Part shown: positions 45,375-58,772 of the stretch, piece by piece | How the letters are laid out: each line of letters opens with the position of its first letter | How positions within the stretch are numbered: the stretch's first letter is position 1 | NCBI GenBank assembly: GCA_039621445.1 | Contig: CP154954.1 | Coordinates: 34,507,737 to 34,571,736 of the forward strand | Length of the DNA: 64,000 nucleotides | DNA from: Euglena gracilis | Taxonomy: Eukaryota | Reading direction: 5' to 3' | Notes under the pieces: model-generated | Seen by the model: the letters and a program-made list of their open reading frames with translations, nothing else | What the model was told of the DNA's origin: nothing | Database searches by the model: none | Made by a program: the position numbers and the translations under genes

Positions 45375-47615
45375 GGCTCATTGCGGGAAATTGGTGATGG
45401 ACTTTTTGGTGGTCGGTACCGACTAGTCGGTAGCGACTAGTCGGTACCGACTGTTGGTGATGGCCTACCGACCATTGGTGGTCGGGCCGACTAGTCGGCC
45501 CGACCACCAATTTTAAGTCCACCCCCCCCCTCTAAAAAAGTTTTTAAGCCCCCCCCCCCTCCAGAATTTTTTTCATTCAAATATGAAGGAAAATGACTCG
45601 AAACCCACGTAAATGCCTTCAGAAACCCCCATTCGGGGGTCCATTTGCAAAAATTTTTGGGTAATATGTTCTTTTTGCGCCATTTCTGTGAAAGTTGTCT
45701 TTGTCCAGGAGTTCAGTTGGACCACTGGGCCCCACCAACACTACCACAACACCAAAACAAAAACCAAAAAAAAAAAAAAAAAAAATTAATGCCACGCGCA
45801 CCGTAAACAAAACCGTCCCAAGGCCCCTTCGGCCCCCCACGTCGTCCAGCGGGGGGGGGCCGCCCCCCCCCCCCCCCGCACCCCCCCGCCCTCCAATAAC
45901 AAAATCCCCTCCGGGGGGTAACCGACCCAGGGCCAGGCGCGCATGTAATGCCACGCGCACCGTAAACAAAACAGTCCTAGGGCGCCTTCGGCGCCCTTGG
46001 TCGTCTAGCGGGGGGGGGGGGCTGCCGCCCCCCCCCGCACCCCCCCCGCCCTCCAATAACAAAATCCCCTCCGGGGGGTAACCGACCCAAGGGCCAGGCG
46101 CGCATGTAATGCCACGCGCACCGTAAACAAAACAGTCCTAGGGCGCCTCAGGAGCCCGTGGTCGTCTAGGGGGGTGGGCTGCCGCCCCCCCCCGCCCCCC
46201 CCCGCCCTCCAATAACAAAATCCCCTCCGGGGGGTAACCGACCCAAGGGCCAGGCGCGCATGTAATGCAACGCGCACCGTAAACAAAACAGTCCTAAGGC
46301 GCCTTCGGCGCACTTGGTCGTCTAGCGGGGGGGGGGCTGCCGCCCCCCCCCGCACCCCCCCCCCCCGCCCTCCAATAACAAAATCCCCTCCGGGGGGTAA
46401 CCGACCCAAGGGCCAGGCGCGCATGTAATGCCACGCGCACCGTAAACAAAACAGTCCTAAGGCGCCTTCGGCGCCCTTGGTCGTCTAGCGGGGGGGGGGC
46501 TGCCGCCCCCCCCCCGCACCCCCCCCCCCGCCCTCCAATAACAAAATCCCCTCCGGGGGGTAACCGACCCAAGGGCCAGGCGCGCATGTAATGCCACGCG
46601 CACCGTAAACAAAACAGTCCTAAGGCGCCTTCGGCGCCCTTGGTCGTCTAGCGGGGGGGGGGCTGCCGCCCCCCCCCCGCACCCCCCCCCCCGCCCTCCA
46701 ATAACAAAATCCCCTCCGGGGGGTAACCGACCCAAGGGCCAGGCGCGCATGTAATGCCACGCGCACCGTAAACAAAACAGTCCTAAGGCGCCTTCGGCGC
46801 CCTTGGTCGTCTAGCGGGGGGGGGGGCTGCCGCCCCCCCCCCCCCCGCACCCCCCCCCCGCCCTCCAATAACAAAATCCCCTCCGGGGGGTAACCGACCC
46901 AAGGGCCAGGCGCGCATGTAATGCCACGCGCACCGTAAACAAAACAGTCCTAAGGCGCCTTCGGCGCCCTTGGTCGTCTAGCGGGGGGGGGCTGCCGCCC
47001 CCCCCCCCCGCACCCCCCCCCCCGCCCTCCAATAACAAAATCCCCTCCGGGGGGGTAACCGACCCAAGGGCCAGGCGCATGTAATGCCACGCGCACCGTA
47101 AACAAAACAGTCCTAAGGCGCCTTCGGCGCCCTTGGTCGTCTAGCGGGGGGGGGGGGGGGGGCTGCTGCCCCCCCCCGCACCCCCCCCGCCCTCCAGTAA
47201 CAAAATCCCCTTGTGTGTGCAAGGCAAGGAAGGCCGAATCGTGCTCCTTATCTCCTGGACAAAGACAACTTTCACAGAACTGGTTCAAAAAGAAGATATT
47301 ACCCGAATTTTTTGGCAAATGGACCCCCGAATGGGGGTTTCTGAAGGCATTTGGGTAGGTTTCGAGTCATTTTCCTTCATATTTGAATGAATTTTTTTTG
47401 GAGGGGGGGGGCTTAAAAACTTTTTTAGAGGGGGGGGGTGGAATTAAAATTGGTTGTCGGTAGCGACTAGTCGCTACCGACTAGTCGCTAGCGACCTTAT
47501 CACCAATGGTCGGTACCGACTAGTCGCTAGAAAATGGTCGGTAGCGACCATGGTCGGTACCGACTAGTCGGTACCGACCACCAAAAAGTCCATCACCAAT
47601 TTCTCGCTCGGGGCC
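45375..47615. mobile_element. Mutator-like non-autonomous element with ~300-bp TIRs and a probable 9-bp TSD (CAGGGGGGG), carrying a satellite array
   Basis: 45375-45690 is an inverted repeat of 47270-47615; TSD at 45366-45374 and 47616-47624. Confidence 0.7.
45787..47210. repeat. Tandem repeat, ~160-167 bp unit, ~9 copies
   Basis: TAATGCCACGCGCACCGTAAACAAAAC recurs at ~45787, 45946, 46107, 46263, 46426, 46589, 46752, 46919, 47082. Confidence 0.95.
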
Positions 47616-48123
47616 CAGGGGGGGGACAAAATTTCCAACCGTAATTCCAAAAAAAAACTCAGGGGGGGGGGCAGCCAAAATTTCCAGCTGTAATTCCAAA
47701 GAAACCCAGGGGCAGCCAAAATTTCCAAACGTTATCTAAAAAAAACCCGGGGGGGGGGTGGCAGTCAAAATTTCCAACCGGGGGGAGGGGGGGGGGGGGC
47801 GGGAAAATAAAATTTCCAACCGTAATCTAAAAAAACCCGAGGGGGGGGGCAGCCAAAATTTCCAAACGTTATCTAAAAAAAACCCGGGGGGGGGGGGGTG
47901 GGAGTCAAAATTTCCAACCGGGGGGTGGGGGGGGGGTGGTGGGCAACTAAAATTTCCAACCGTAATCTAAAAAAACCCGAGGGGGGGGGGCAGCCAAAAT
48001 TTCCAGCCGTAATCTGATTTTTGGAATTAAGATTGGAAATTTTGTCCCCCCCCCCCGGGTTTTTGTAGATTACGGCTGGAAATTTTGGCTGCCACCCCCT
48101 GGGTTTTTGCAGATAACGGTTGG

Positions 48124-49741
48124 GGCTCCGTGCGGATTCCTGTGGGTGCTCATCCTGGGGGTGATGCCGACCTGGTCGGCCCGACCTGTGGTCGGCCCGA
48201 CCCCTGTTGGTGGGATACCGACCTCTGGGGGTGATGCCGACCTGGTCGGCCCGACCCCCAGAAATCCGCATTACCCCCCCCCTTTTGGAAATTTAAGCCC
48301 CCCCCCCCTTCGTTTGAATAGGTCAATTGTTAAGTAAAGTAAAAATTTAACAAAAAAAATTTAGTAACGTGACCCCCCACCCTATATGGCACCCCCTCGG
48401 GAGCGTATTGACCCCCCTGGGGTCAAAACGCTTAGGGGAGGGGGTGACAACTAGGGGGGGGGGGGTTACTCAATTTACCCTACATGTCCATGGGTCCATT
48501 GGGTGCAAGTCGACCTAACCCTATCCCTTTCATTAACAAAATCAACCCCTTTTATCCGCCAACCCCTTTTCGGGTGCAAGTCGACCTAACCCTATTTCTT
48601 TCATTAACAAAATAACCCCCTTTTATCTGCCAACCCCTTCTCAAGTCGACCTAACCCTATCCCTTTCATTAACAAAATAACCCCCTTTTATCTGCCAACC
48701 CCTTTTCGGGTGCAAGTCAACCTAACCCTATCCCTTTCATTAACAAAATAAACCCCACTTTATCTGCCAACCCCTTCTCGGGTGCAAGTCGACCTAACCC
48801 TATCCCTTTCATGAACAAAATAAACCCCTTTTATCCGCCAACCCCTTTTATCTGCCAACCCCTTTTCGGGTGCAAGTCGACCTAACCCTATCCCTTTCAT
48901 TAACAAAATAAACCCCTTTTATCTGCCAACCCCTTCTCAAGTCGACCTAACCCTATCCCTTTCATTAACAAAATAAACCCCTTTAATCTGCCAACCCCTT
49001 TTCGGGTGCAAGTCGACCTAGCCCTATCCCTTTCATTAACAAAATAAACCCCTTTTATCTGCCAACCCCTTTTCGGGTGCAAGTCGACCTAACCCTATCC
49101 CTTTCATTAACAAAATTAACCCCTTTTATCTGCCAACCCCTTCTCAAGTCGACCTAACCCTATCCCTTTCATTAACAAAATAAACCCCTTTAATCTGCCA
49201 ACCCCTTTTCGGGTGCAAGTCGACCTAACCCTATCCCTTTCATTAACAAAATAAACCCCTTTAATCTGCCAACCCCTTTTCGGGTGCAAGTCGACCTAAC
49301 CCTATCCCTTTCATTAACAAAATCAACCCCTTTTATCTGCCAACCCCTTTTCGGGTGCAAGTCGACCTAACCCTATCCCTTTCATTAACAAAATAAACCC
49401 CATTTTTCTGCCAACCCCCTTTATCTGCCAACCCCTTTTCGGGTGCAAGTCGACCTAACCCTATCCCTTTCATTAACAAAATGAACCCCCTTTATCCGCC
49501 AACCCCTTTTCGGGTGCATGTTGATCTCGTCTTTTGGAAACCCGGGTGGGGGGGGGGCTTAAATTTCCAAAAGGGGGGGGGTAATGCAGATTCCTGGGGG
49601 TGATACCGACCTGGTCGGTATCACCCCCAGGGGTAGTTATCGACCTGGTCGGCCCGACCCTGGTCGGGCCGACCAGGTGGTCGGGCCGACCAGGTCGGCA
49701 TCACCCCCAGGGTGAGCACCCACAGGAATCCGCCCGGGGCC
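48124..49741. mobile_element. Mutator-like non-autonomous element with ~190-bp TIRs and 9-bp TSD AACGGTTGG, carrying a 71-bp satellite
   Basis: GGCTCCGTGCGGATTCC.. / ..GGAATCCGCCCGGGGCC; TSD at 48115-48123 and 49742-49750. Confidence 0.8.
48500..49518. repeat. Tandem repeat, ~71 bp unit, ~14 copies, containing CCTAACCCTA
   Basis: GGGTGCAAGTCGACCTAACCCTATCCCTTTCATTAACAAAA... repeated. Confidence 0.95.
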
Positions 49742-52700
49742 AACGGTTGGAAATTCTGGTTGTCCCCCCCCGGGGGGGGGTGGGCAGCCAAAATATCCAG
49801 CCGTAATTCCAAAAAAACCCAGGGGCAGCCAAAATTTCCAACCGTTATCTAAAAAACCCAGGGGTGGTTGCAGCCAAAGTTTCCAATAACAATTGTAATT
49901 TAAAATTTTCACACGTAATTCTGAAAAAACGTGGGGGGGGGGCAGCCGAAATTTCCAACTGTAATCCTAAAAAAACGGGGGGGGGGCGAAATTTCCAACT
50001 GTAATTCTGAAAAAAACCAGGGGGGGGGGGCAGCCAATATTTTAAACCGCAATTCTAAAAAAAAACCCAGGGGGGGCCAAAATTTACATCCGTAACTCTA
50101 AAAAAAAAATGGGGGGCAGCCAAAAATTTTCAACAGTAATTCTAAAAAAAACGTGGGGGGCAGCCAAAATTTCCAACCGTGATTCTGAAAAAACCCAACG
50201 GGGGGGCAGCTAAAATTTCCAACTGTGATTCAGAAAAATACGAGGGGGGGGTGGCAGCCAAAAAATTTCATACTCTAATTCTAAAAAAAAACCGGGGGGG
50301 CAGCCAAATTTTGCAACCTTGATTCTGAAAAAACCCATCGGGGGGGGGCAGCCAAAAATTTCCAACCGTAATCCTAAAAAAAAAAAAACCGGGGGGGGCA
50401 GCCAAAATTTCCAACCGTGATTCTTAAAAGAATCAGGGGGGGGAGGTGTGGCAACCAAAAATTCCAACCGTAAAAAAAAGCCCTGGGGGGGCAGCGAAAT
50501 TTTCCAACCATAATTCCAAAAAAAACCCAGGGGTAGGTAAAAAAAAACCCCGGTGGGGGGGGTCAAAATTTCCAACCGTGATCCCGGTGGGGGGGGTCAA
50601 AATTTCCAACCGTGATTCTGAAAAAATACGGGGGGGGGGGGGAAGCCAAAACTTTCCAACCGTGATTCTGAAAAAACCCGACGGGGGGGGGCAGCCAAAA
50701 TTTCCAACCGTGATTCTAAAAAAAAACCAGGGGGGGGGGCAGCCAAAATTTCCAACCCAAATTCTAAAGAAACAAACCGGAGGGGGGGGCAGCCAAAATT
50801 TTCCAACCGTAATACTGAAAAAAAGCAGGGGGTGGCAGCCAACATTTCCAACCGTTATTCTAAAAAAAAAAAAAACGGGGGGGTGGCAGCCAAAATTTCC
50901 AACTGTAATTCCGAAAAAAATCCCAGGGGGTGGCAGCCAAAGTTTCCAACCGTAATTCTAAAAAAAAACGCAGGGTGGGTAAAAAATTGCCCGGGGGGGG
51001 GGAGGCAAAATTTCCAACCGTAATCTGAAAAAACCCGGGGGGGGGGGCAGCCAAAATTTCCAACCGTAATTCTAAAAAAAAACCGGGGGGAAAAATTTTA
51101 AAAAAACCCAGGGGGCACAATTTCCAACCGTGATTCTGAAGGAAAAAAACCCGGGGGGGGCAGCCAAAATTTCCAACCACAATCTTTAAAAATACCCAGC
51201 TTATTTCCTGGGGGGGGGGGCACTGAAATTTCCAACCGTAACTCTGAAAAAAACTCCGGGGGGCAGCCAAAATTTCCAACCGTAATTCTGAAAAAAACCC
51301 AACGGGGGGGGGGGCAGCTAAAATTTCCAACTGTGATTCAGAAAAATACGAGGGGGGGGAGGAAGCCAAAAAATTTCATACTCTAATTCTAAAAAAAAAA
51401 CCCGGGGGGGGGGGGCAGCCAAATTTTGCAACCTTGATTCTGAAAAAACCCATCGGGGGGGGGCAGCCAAAATTTCCAACCGTAATCCTAAAAAAAAAAA
51501 ACCGGGGGGGGGGGGGCAGCCAAAATTTCCAACCCTAATTCTGAAAAAAAAACCGGGGGGGGTAGCCAAAATTTCCAACCGTAATTTTTAAAAAACCCAG
51601 GGGGGCAGCCAAAATTTCCAACTGTGATTCAGAAAAATCCAGGGGAGGGGTGGCAGCCAAAATTTCCAACCCTAATTCTAAAAAAAACCGGGGGGGGCAG
51701 CCAAAATTTCCAACCGTAATTTTAAAAAATCCCAGGGGGGCAGCCAAATTTTCCAACCGTGATTCTGCAAAAATCCGGGGGGGGGGTCAGCCAAAATTTC
51801 CAACCCTAATTCTAAAAAAAACTGGGGGGGGCAGCCAAAATTTCCAACCGTAATTTTAAAAAAACCCAGGGGGGCAGCCAAAATTTCCAACCGTGATTCT
51901 GCAAAAATCCGGGGGGGGGGCGGTCAGCCAAAATTTCCAACCGTGATTCTGAAAAAACCCAACGGGGGGGGGGGGCAGCCAAAATTTCCAACCGTGATTC
52001 AGAAAAATCCAGGGGTGGGGTGGCAGCCAAAATTTCCAACCCTAATTCTAAAAAAAAACCGGGGGGGGGGGGCAGCCAAAATTTCCAACCGTAATTTTAA
52101 AAAAACCCAGGGGGGCAGCCAAATTTTCCAACCGTAATTCTGAAAAAAACCGGGGGGGGGGGGGGGCAGCCAAAATTTCCAACCGTAATTCTGAAAAAAA
52201 ACGGGGGGGGCAGCCAAAATTTCCAACCGTAATTCTAAAAAAAAGGGTGGCAGCCAAAATTTCCAACCGTGATTCTCAAAAAAATCGGGGGGGGGGGGGG
52301 CAACCAAAAATTCCAACCGTAAAAAAAAGCCCAGGGGGGGGAGCGAAATTTTCCAACCATAAGACCAAAAAAAACCCAGGGGTAGGTAAAAAAAAAACCT
52401 AGGTGGGGGGGGTCAAAATTTCCAACCGTGATCCCGGTGGGGGGGGGGTCAAAATTTCCAACCGTGATTCTGAAAAAAACCGGGGGGGGTCAGCCAAAAC
52501 TTTCCAACCGTGATTCTGAAAAAACCCGACGGGGGGGGGGGGGCAGCCAAAATTTCCAACCGTGATTCTAAAAAAAAACCAGGGGGGGGCAGCCAAAATT
52601 TCCAACCCTAATTCTAAAGAAACAAACCGGAGGGGGGGGGCAGCCAAAATTTTCCAACCGTAATACTGAAAAAAAGCAGGGGGTGGCAGCCAACATTTCC

Positions 52701-55059
52701 AACCGTTATTCTAAAAAAAAAACGGGGGGGTGGCAGCCAAAATTTCCAACTGTAATTCCGAAAAAAATCCCAGGGGGTGGCAGCCAAAGTTTCCAACCGT
52801 AATTCTAAAAAAAAACGCAGGGTGGGTAAAAAATTGCACGGGGGGGGGGCAGTCAAAATTTCCAACCGTAATCTGAAAAAACCCGGGGGGGGCAGCCAAA
52901 ATTTCCAACCGTAATTCTAAAAAAAACCGGGGGGAAAATTTTTAAAAAAAACCCAGGGGGCACAATTTCCAACCGTGATTCTGAAAGAAAAAAACCCGGG
53001 GGGGGGGGCGGGGCAGCCAAAATTTCCAACCACAATCTTTAAAATACCCAGCTTATTTCCTGGGGGGGGGGCACTGAAATTTCCAACCGTAACTCTGAAA
53101 AAAAATCCGGGGGGCAGCCAAAATTTCCAACCGTAATTCTGAAAAAAACCCAACGGGGGGGCAGCTAAAATTTCCAACTGTGATTCAGAAAAATACGAGG
53201 GGGGGTTGGCAGCCAAAAAATTTCATACTCTAATTCTAAAAAAAAAAAACCGGGGGGGGGGGCAGCCAAATTTTGCAACCTTGATTCTGAAAAAACCCAT
53301 CGGGGGGGGGGGTGGGGGGCCAGCCAAAATTTCCAACCGTAATCCTAAAAAAAAAAACCGGGGGGGGGGGGGGGGGGGCAGCCAAAATTTCCAACCCTAA
53401 TTCTGAAAAAAAACCGGGGGGGGGGGGAAACCAAAATTTCCAACCGTAACTTTAAAAAAACCCAGGGGTGGCAGCCAAAATTTCCAACCCTAATTCTAAA
53501 AAAAAACGGGGGGGGGGCAGCCAAAATTTCCAACCGTAATTTTAAAAAAACCCAGGGGGGCAGCCAAATTTTCCAACCGTGATTCTGCAAAAATCCGGGG
53601 GGGGGGTCAGCCAAAATTTCCAACCCTAATTCTAAAAAAAACCAGGGGGGCAGCCAAAATTTCCAACCGTAATTTTAAAAAAACCCAGGGGGGCAGCCAA
53701 AATTTCCAACCGTAATTCTGAAAAAAAACGGGGGGGGGGGGGCAGCCAAAATTTCCAACCGGAATTTAAAAAAAAAACCGGGGGGGGCAGCCAAAATTTC
53801 CAACCGTAATTTTAAAAAAACCCAGGGGGGCAGCCAAAATTTCCAACCGTAATTCTGAAAAAAAACGGGGGGGGCAGCCAAAATTTCCAACCGTAATTCT
53901 AAAAAAAAGGGTGGCAGCCAAAATTTCCAACCGTGATTCTCAAAAAAATCGGGGGGAGGGGTGGCAACCAAAAATTCCAACCGTAAAAAAAAGCCCTGGG
54001 GGGGCAGCGAAATTTTCCAACCATAATTCCAAAAAAAACCCAGGGGTAGGTAAAAAAAAACCCCGGTGGGGGGGGTCAAAATTTCCAACCGTGATCCCGG
54101 CGGGGGGGGGGTCAAAATTTCCAACCGTGATTCTGAAAAAATCCGGGGGGGGCCAGCCAAAACTTTCCAACCGTGATTCTGAAAAAACCCGACGGGGGGG
54201 GGGGGGTGGGGGGGGGGCAGCCAAAATTTCCAACCGTGATTCTAAAAAAAAAACCGGAGGGGGGGGCAGCCAAAATTTTCCAACCGTAATACTGAAAAAA
54301 AGCAGGGGGTGGCAGCCAACATTTCCAACCGTTATTCTAAAAAAAAAAAAAACGGGGGGGTGGCAGCCAAAATTTCCAACTGTAATTCCGAAAAAAATCC
54401 CAGGGGGTGGCAGCCAAAGTTTCCAACCGTAATTCTAAAAAAAAACGCAGGGTGGGTAAAAAATTGCCCGGGGGGGGGGGCAGTCAAAATTTCCAACCGT
54501 AATCTGAAAAAACCCGGGGGGGGGCAGCCAAAATTTCCAACCGTAATTCTAAAAAAAACCGGGGGGGAAAAATTTAAAAAAAACCCAGGGGGCACAATTT
54601 CCAACCGTGATTCTGAAGGAAAAAAACCCGGGGGGGGGGGGGCAGCCAAAATTTCCAACCACAATCTTTAAAAATACCCAGCTTATTTCCTGGGGGGGGG
54701 CACTGAAATTTCCAACCGTAACTCTGAAAAAAAATCCGGGGGGCAGCCAAAATTTCCAACCGTAATTCTGAAAAAAACCCAGGGGTGGTGAAAAAAAAAA
54801 CCAGGGTGCGTAAAAAAAAAACGGGGGGGGCAGCCAATATTTCCAGCCGTAATTGTTAAAAAAAATACCGGGGGGGGTCAGCCAAAACTTCCAACCGTAA
54901 TTTAATTCAACCCACAACCGTGATTCTGAAAAAACCCAGGGGGACCAGCCAAAATTTCCAACCATAATTCTAAAAAAAACCCAGGGTGGGTAAAAAAATC
55001 CCTGGGGGGGGCAGCCAAAATTTCCTTTATAACCCCTAATTCCCCTGGGTGTTTAAGGA

Positions 55060-55685
55060 AAAAGGATGCCCCCCCAAAAAAGTGGCCCAGATATTTCGGT
55101 GGGGGGGGGCTGCCCATAAAAAGTGCGGATCGTGGCCAAAATATTTCGGGGGGACTGCCCAAAAAAGTGCAGATTGTGGTTCAGCTGGGCAAAAAACACG
55201 GCCCAGAGATTTCTCGGGGGGGGGGGGGGGGCTGCCCGGAAAAAAGTACGGATTGTGGCCCTAAATTTTCAGCTGGGCTGCCAAGAAAAAGTATGGCCCA
55301 GATATTGGTGGGGGGGTGGCTGCCCAGAAAAAAGTACAGATTGTGGCAAAATATTTCGGGGGGGGGGGGGCTGCCCAAAAAAGTGCGGATTGTGGCCCAA
55401 ATTTTCAGCTGGGGGGGGGGGGGGGCTGCCCCCCAAAAAAATACGGCCCAGATATTTGGGGGGGGGGGGGCTGCCCAAAAAAAAGTGCGGCCCAGATATT
55501 TCGGTGTGGCTGCCCAAAAAAAGTACAGGTTGTGGCCTGTAATTCTCAGCTGGGCTGCCCCCCCAGACATTTCGGGGGGGGGGGGCTGCCCGAAAAAGCA
55601 CGACCCAGATATTTCGGTGGGAGGGGAGGGGTGGCTGCCCAAAAGATGTACGGATCGTGGCCTGAAATTTTCAGCTGGGCTATCC
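55060..55685. repeat. Second satellite variant (GGCTGCCC-An-GT.CGG..TGGCCCAGATATTTCGG-Gn)
   Basis: About 14 degenerate tandem units. Confidence 0.8.
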
Positions 55686-57167
55686 CAGGGTGGTGGCAGC
55701 CAAAATTTCCAACCTAAAAAAAACCAGGGGGAGCAGCCCAAATTCCTAACCGTAATTCTAAAAAAAAACTCAGGGTGGGTAAAAAAAAACCCGGGTCCAA
55801 ACAAAATTTCCATCCGTGATTCTGAAGGGGGGGTCCCACCTTTTGAATCATGATCCGTACTTTTTTCTAAAAAAGTACGGAACAAAAGTTTTGTGGCCCC
55901 TAATTCCCTAGATGATTAGTGAAAAAGAAAACATATTCAGGGGGGCGTGCACGCGCTCTCCGCTCTCCGCTCTCCTCTCTGGGCTCCTTGATGTCGTCGT
56001 TCTGGAGTGCCAAACCCGGTTCCCTGAACCCCTCCCCCCAAGTGGGAACCCCCAGGGGTTTCCTGGAGGCTCTCCCCCAAACCTGTCCTGGGCTGAAACT
56101 CACAATTTCACGATACATCTCAAGATGGCCAAAAGGTTGCAAACCTGAAACAAAAAACAAACAAACCTGGGTTCAATGGCTTCTTTGCTTCTTTGAATGA
56201 TCAGCACCCTACAGAACATGAACATAATTGCAACCTGAATTGCAACCTGAAAGCAAACCTGAATTCAATGGCTTCTTTGCTTCTTTGAAAGATCAGCACA
56301 GCCTGGAAAAAAATGCAGGTGGGATTCACGCCAATGCACAAATGCTGCACAAATGCAACACAAAAAAAGGCGCAGATGCAATCCTTGCACATTCCAGACA
56401 CACTTCCTTCTAATTCTTCACAACCGGGCGTCTTCCCCCCTGCAGGTCACTCAACACCATCGTCTGATCGTGCCAAATTGGCCCAAAATCTGGCACCTGC
56501 CTGTGCATGGATGACCAAATGACCAAATGAGCCAACATTCTGGAATTTCCTGTGCATGCAATCTCTCAGCCACTTTGACCTCACGAAGCTGGAAGACCAA
56601 ACTGGCCTGGTTTACTGGGTTGCAGGGGGTTGCAGAAAGCCAAGCACGTGGTCTCCAAAGGCCTAGTTCACAGCCAGTGCATGCAAACGGTCGCAAATGC
56701 TAACTTTCGCTACACGCACTCCCAGCACGCCAAACCAGCCGGAATGCATACCCATCGCTCCCGGGCACCTATTGGCTGTCGAAACTCACGTGCAACGCTC
56801 GGGCACGCAGCAACCACCCACGCATTCAGCAGCATCGAACAACGGGTGCCAGCACACCTGGTGGGCTTCGACGCTGGGCATTCCGGGACACCAACCCCGC
56901 TTGTTGCCGTCGCTCGGTTCGTGCGCTGGATTTGACTGCTGGAGCTCGTTCACCTGCGAAATAAGGAATCACCCCGTAGGTTCCAGGCACCCACCTCCCG
57001 ATCCGGGCCCTCCCACCCATTTCAGGCGCCCCGATCCGGATGCAGGGTCTCACGGCGCATCCAACCGACCCGGTCCCGGGGCCCAACCCTCAAAGGTTGA
57101 CGCCAGTCCTACGGTTTCCGGATGCGAATCGCTCGACGGGGCTGTTTTTACGGGCGTAATAAGTTAG

Positions 57168-57200
57168 ACAAGCACGTAAGGCCCGTGCTCACGCACGGGC
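57168..57200 (-). mobile_element. Possible Helitron-like 3' terminus (second copy)
   Basis: Same 20-nt hairpin as 43113-43132, followed by CTTGT. Confidence 0.45.
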
Positions 57201-58772
57201 GGTTTCGCGAATGCGGTGCAGACGCGGGCGGGACCGAAACCCGATCTCGGCCCAGGAGCGAAAGTACGATTTTACCGACACCAGAACCATGCACGGGACG
57301 AAGCCGGATCCAACCGTTCCATTCGCAGCGTCTGGCGTTGCGGATTGCGCGCCGAATCCACCCCTACGCAGCGAAATCGCGTGCACATTGGCGGCATTCG
57401 CAGAGCGTAGGCGGGACAACGCTCCGGTAGTAAGGTGGGTAGATAAGTTAGATTGGGCACCCCGTTTCCCCCTCAGGAGTGTTTTAAACACTTCTTTCAA
57501 CCAGGCTGTAACGGCGCGCTGCACGCTTGTGCATGGCTGACCACGCTGGACAAAAACCTGAAATTTTGGCATCACGATGGTTTTTTGGCATATCACTGAA
57601 TTTGTCAGAATTTTTTTTGTTGGCCAGGTGCACGAATGATAGGAGGATCCCACCGAGCCAAAGTCCTTGGGGTGAGAACATTGTGCGGTGAATGTTCGCC
57701 GATCCAATCAACCGCATCAACGAGCCCCCCCCCTCCAAATTCAGTTCTCTTGGTTGGGCTGAAAATGCATGCAGACACATTGGACCTCAAAAACTGTCAA
57801 AAAAGTCCCATTTTTAAAAAAAAATTGAAACTGTGCTGGGTGGAGGCCGAGGACACATCCATCATGCAAATCATTGGATAAGTGAATAGGGATATGGATA
57901 CGGTCAGGGTGAGGGTTAGGGGGTTCTTGTTCGCTGCACGAACCACCAAAAGTTTTACAAGTCGGATCACCCAGCCGCACCAAGAAAATTTTTAATGGAT
58001 TTTAGCTTGGGCAGAATCCAGGATTGGCCCTGCCGTACCTCGGGCAGGGCAGTGTTCCCAAAGGCAGACGGCAGGCAGGAGAAAGGAAGATAAAGTCCAC
58101 CGACATTTCGCCCCCACAAAGGGAATGGCCCGCCGTTGGCTGGAGGAAAAGGTGCCAGCGGCCCTTTTTTCTTTTTCCCACTTTCCCTCCCCCACAGCCT
58201 CCTTGGGGTCAAAGCCAGGTCACAAGGCTGCACGCCACCCAAAAAGCAAAACCTCAGACCCCGACCCTTCAAAATACCTCATACAACCACTATTCAGGCC
58301 TCAGAGCAACTGACTTGTAAAACTTTTGGTGGTGGTCGTGCAGTGAACAAGCAACGGTTGGGGTTAGGGTCAGGGTCAGGGATAGGGATACGGCCAGGGT
58401 TAGGGATAGGGATAGCTAGATACCACCCCCCCCCCTTTATTTGAGCACACCCACGGGCCAACGGACCCCCCAAATGCTCAAATAAGGGGGGGGTCAAATA
58501 AGGGGGGGGGTCAAAAATTCCTTTAGAAAGCGGGTAAAAAAAATTTTCGGCGCCTTTGGCGCATGAAAAAAAATTTTCCCCGGACCCAAATGCTCAATTA
58601 AGGGGGGGGGGTCAAATAAAGGGGGGGGGGGTAACCCTCGGGGTCTGACTACCGCCCCCCGGTTTCGGGCCGAAGGCCCGGATTCTAACCTGAAAATGTA
58701 ATTGGTAAAAATCACAATCTCTGACAACAAATTACAAACAAAATCAATTTTTCCGGTTACCAAACTCTTTTC

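Larger units (their letters stand above)
44850..55020. repeat. Large ~40-45 bp satellite (CAGCCAAAATTTCCAACCGTAATTCT-An-CC-Gn) with higher-order blocks, interrupted by two MULE-like insertions
   Basis: More than 100 copies across 44850-45190, 47620-48110 and 49750-55020. Variant-unit order recurs (e.g. the ATACCCAGCTTATTTCC unit at ~51192, ~53044, ~54674). Confidence 0.95.

Noticed and set aside
48500-49518. CRISPR array or telomere
   Set aside because: Units repeat in full with no unique spacers; CCTAACCCTA occurs once per unit, not as (CCCTAA)n.
44800-55900. Numerous ORFs in satellite regions
   Set aside because: They are low-complexity translations of tandem repeats.
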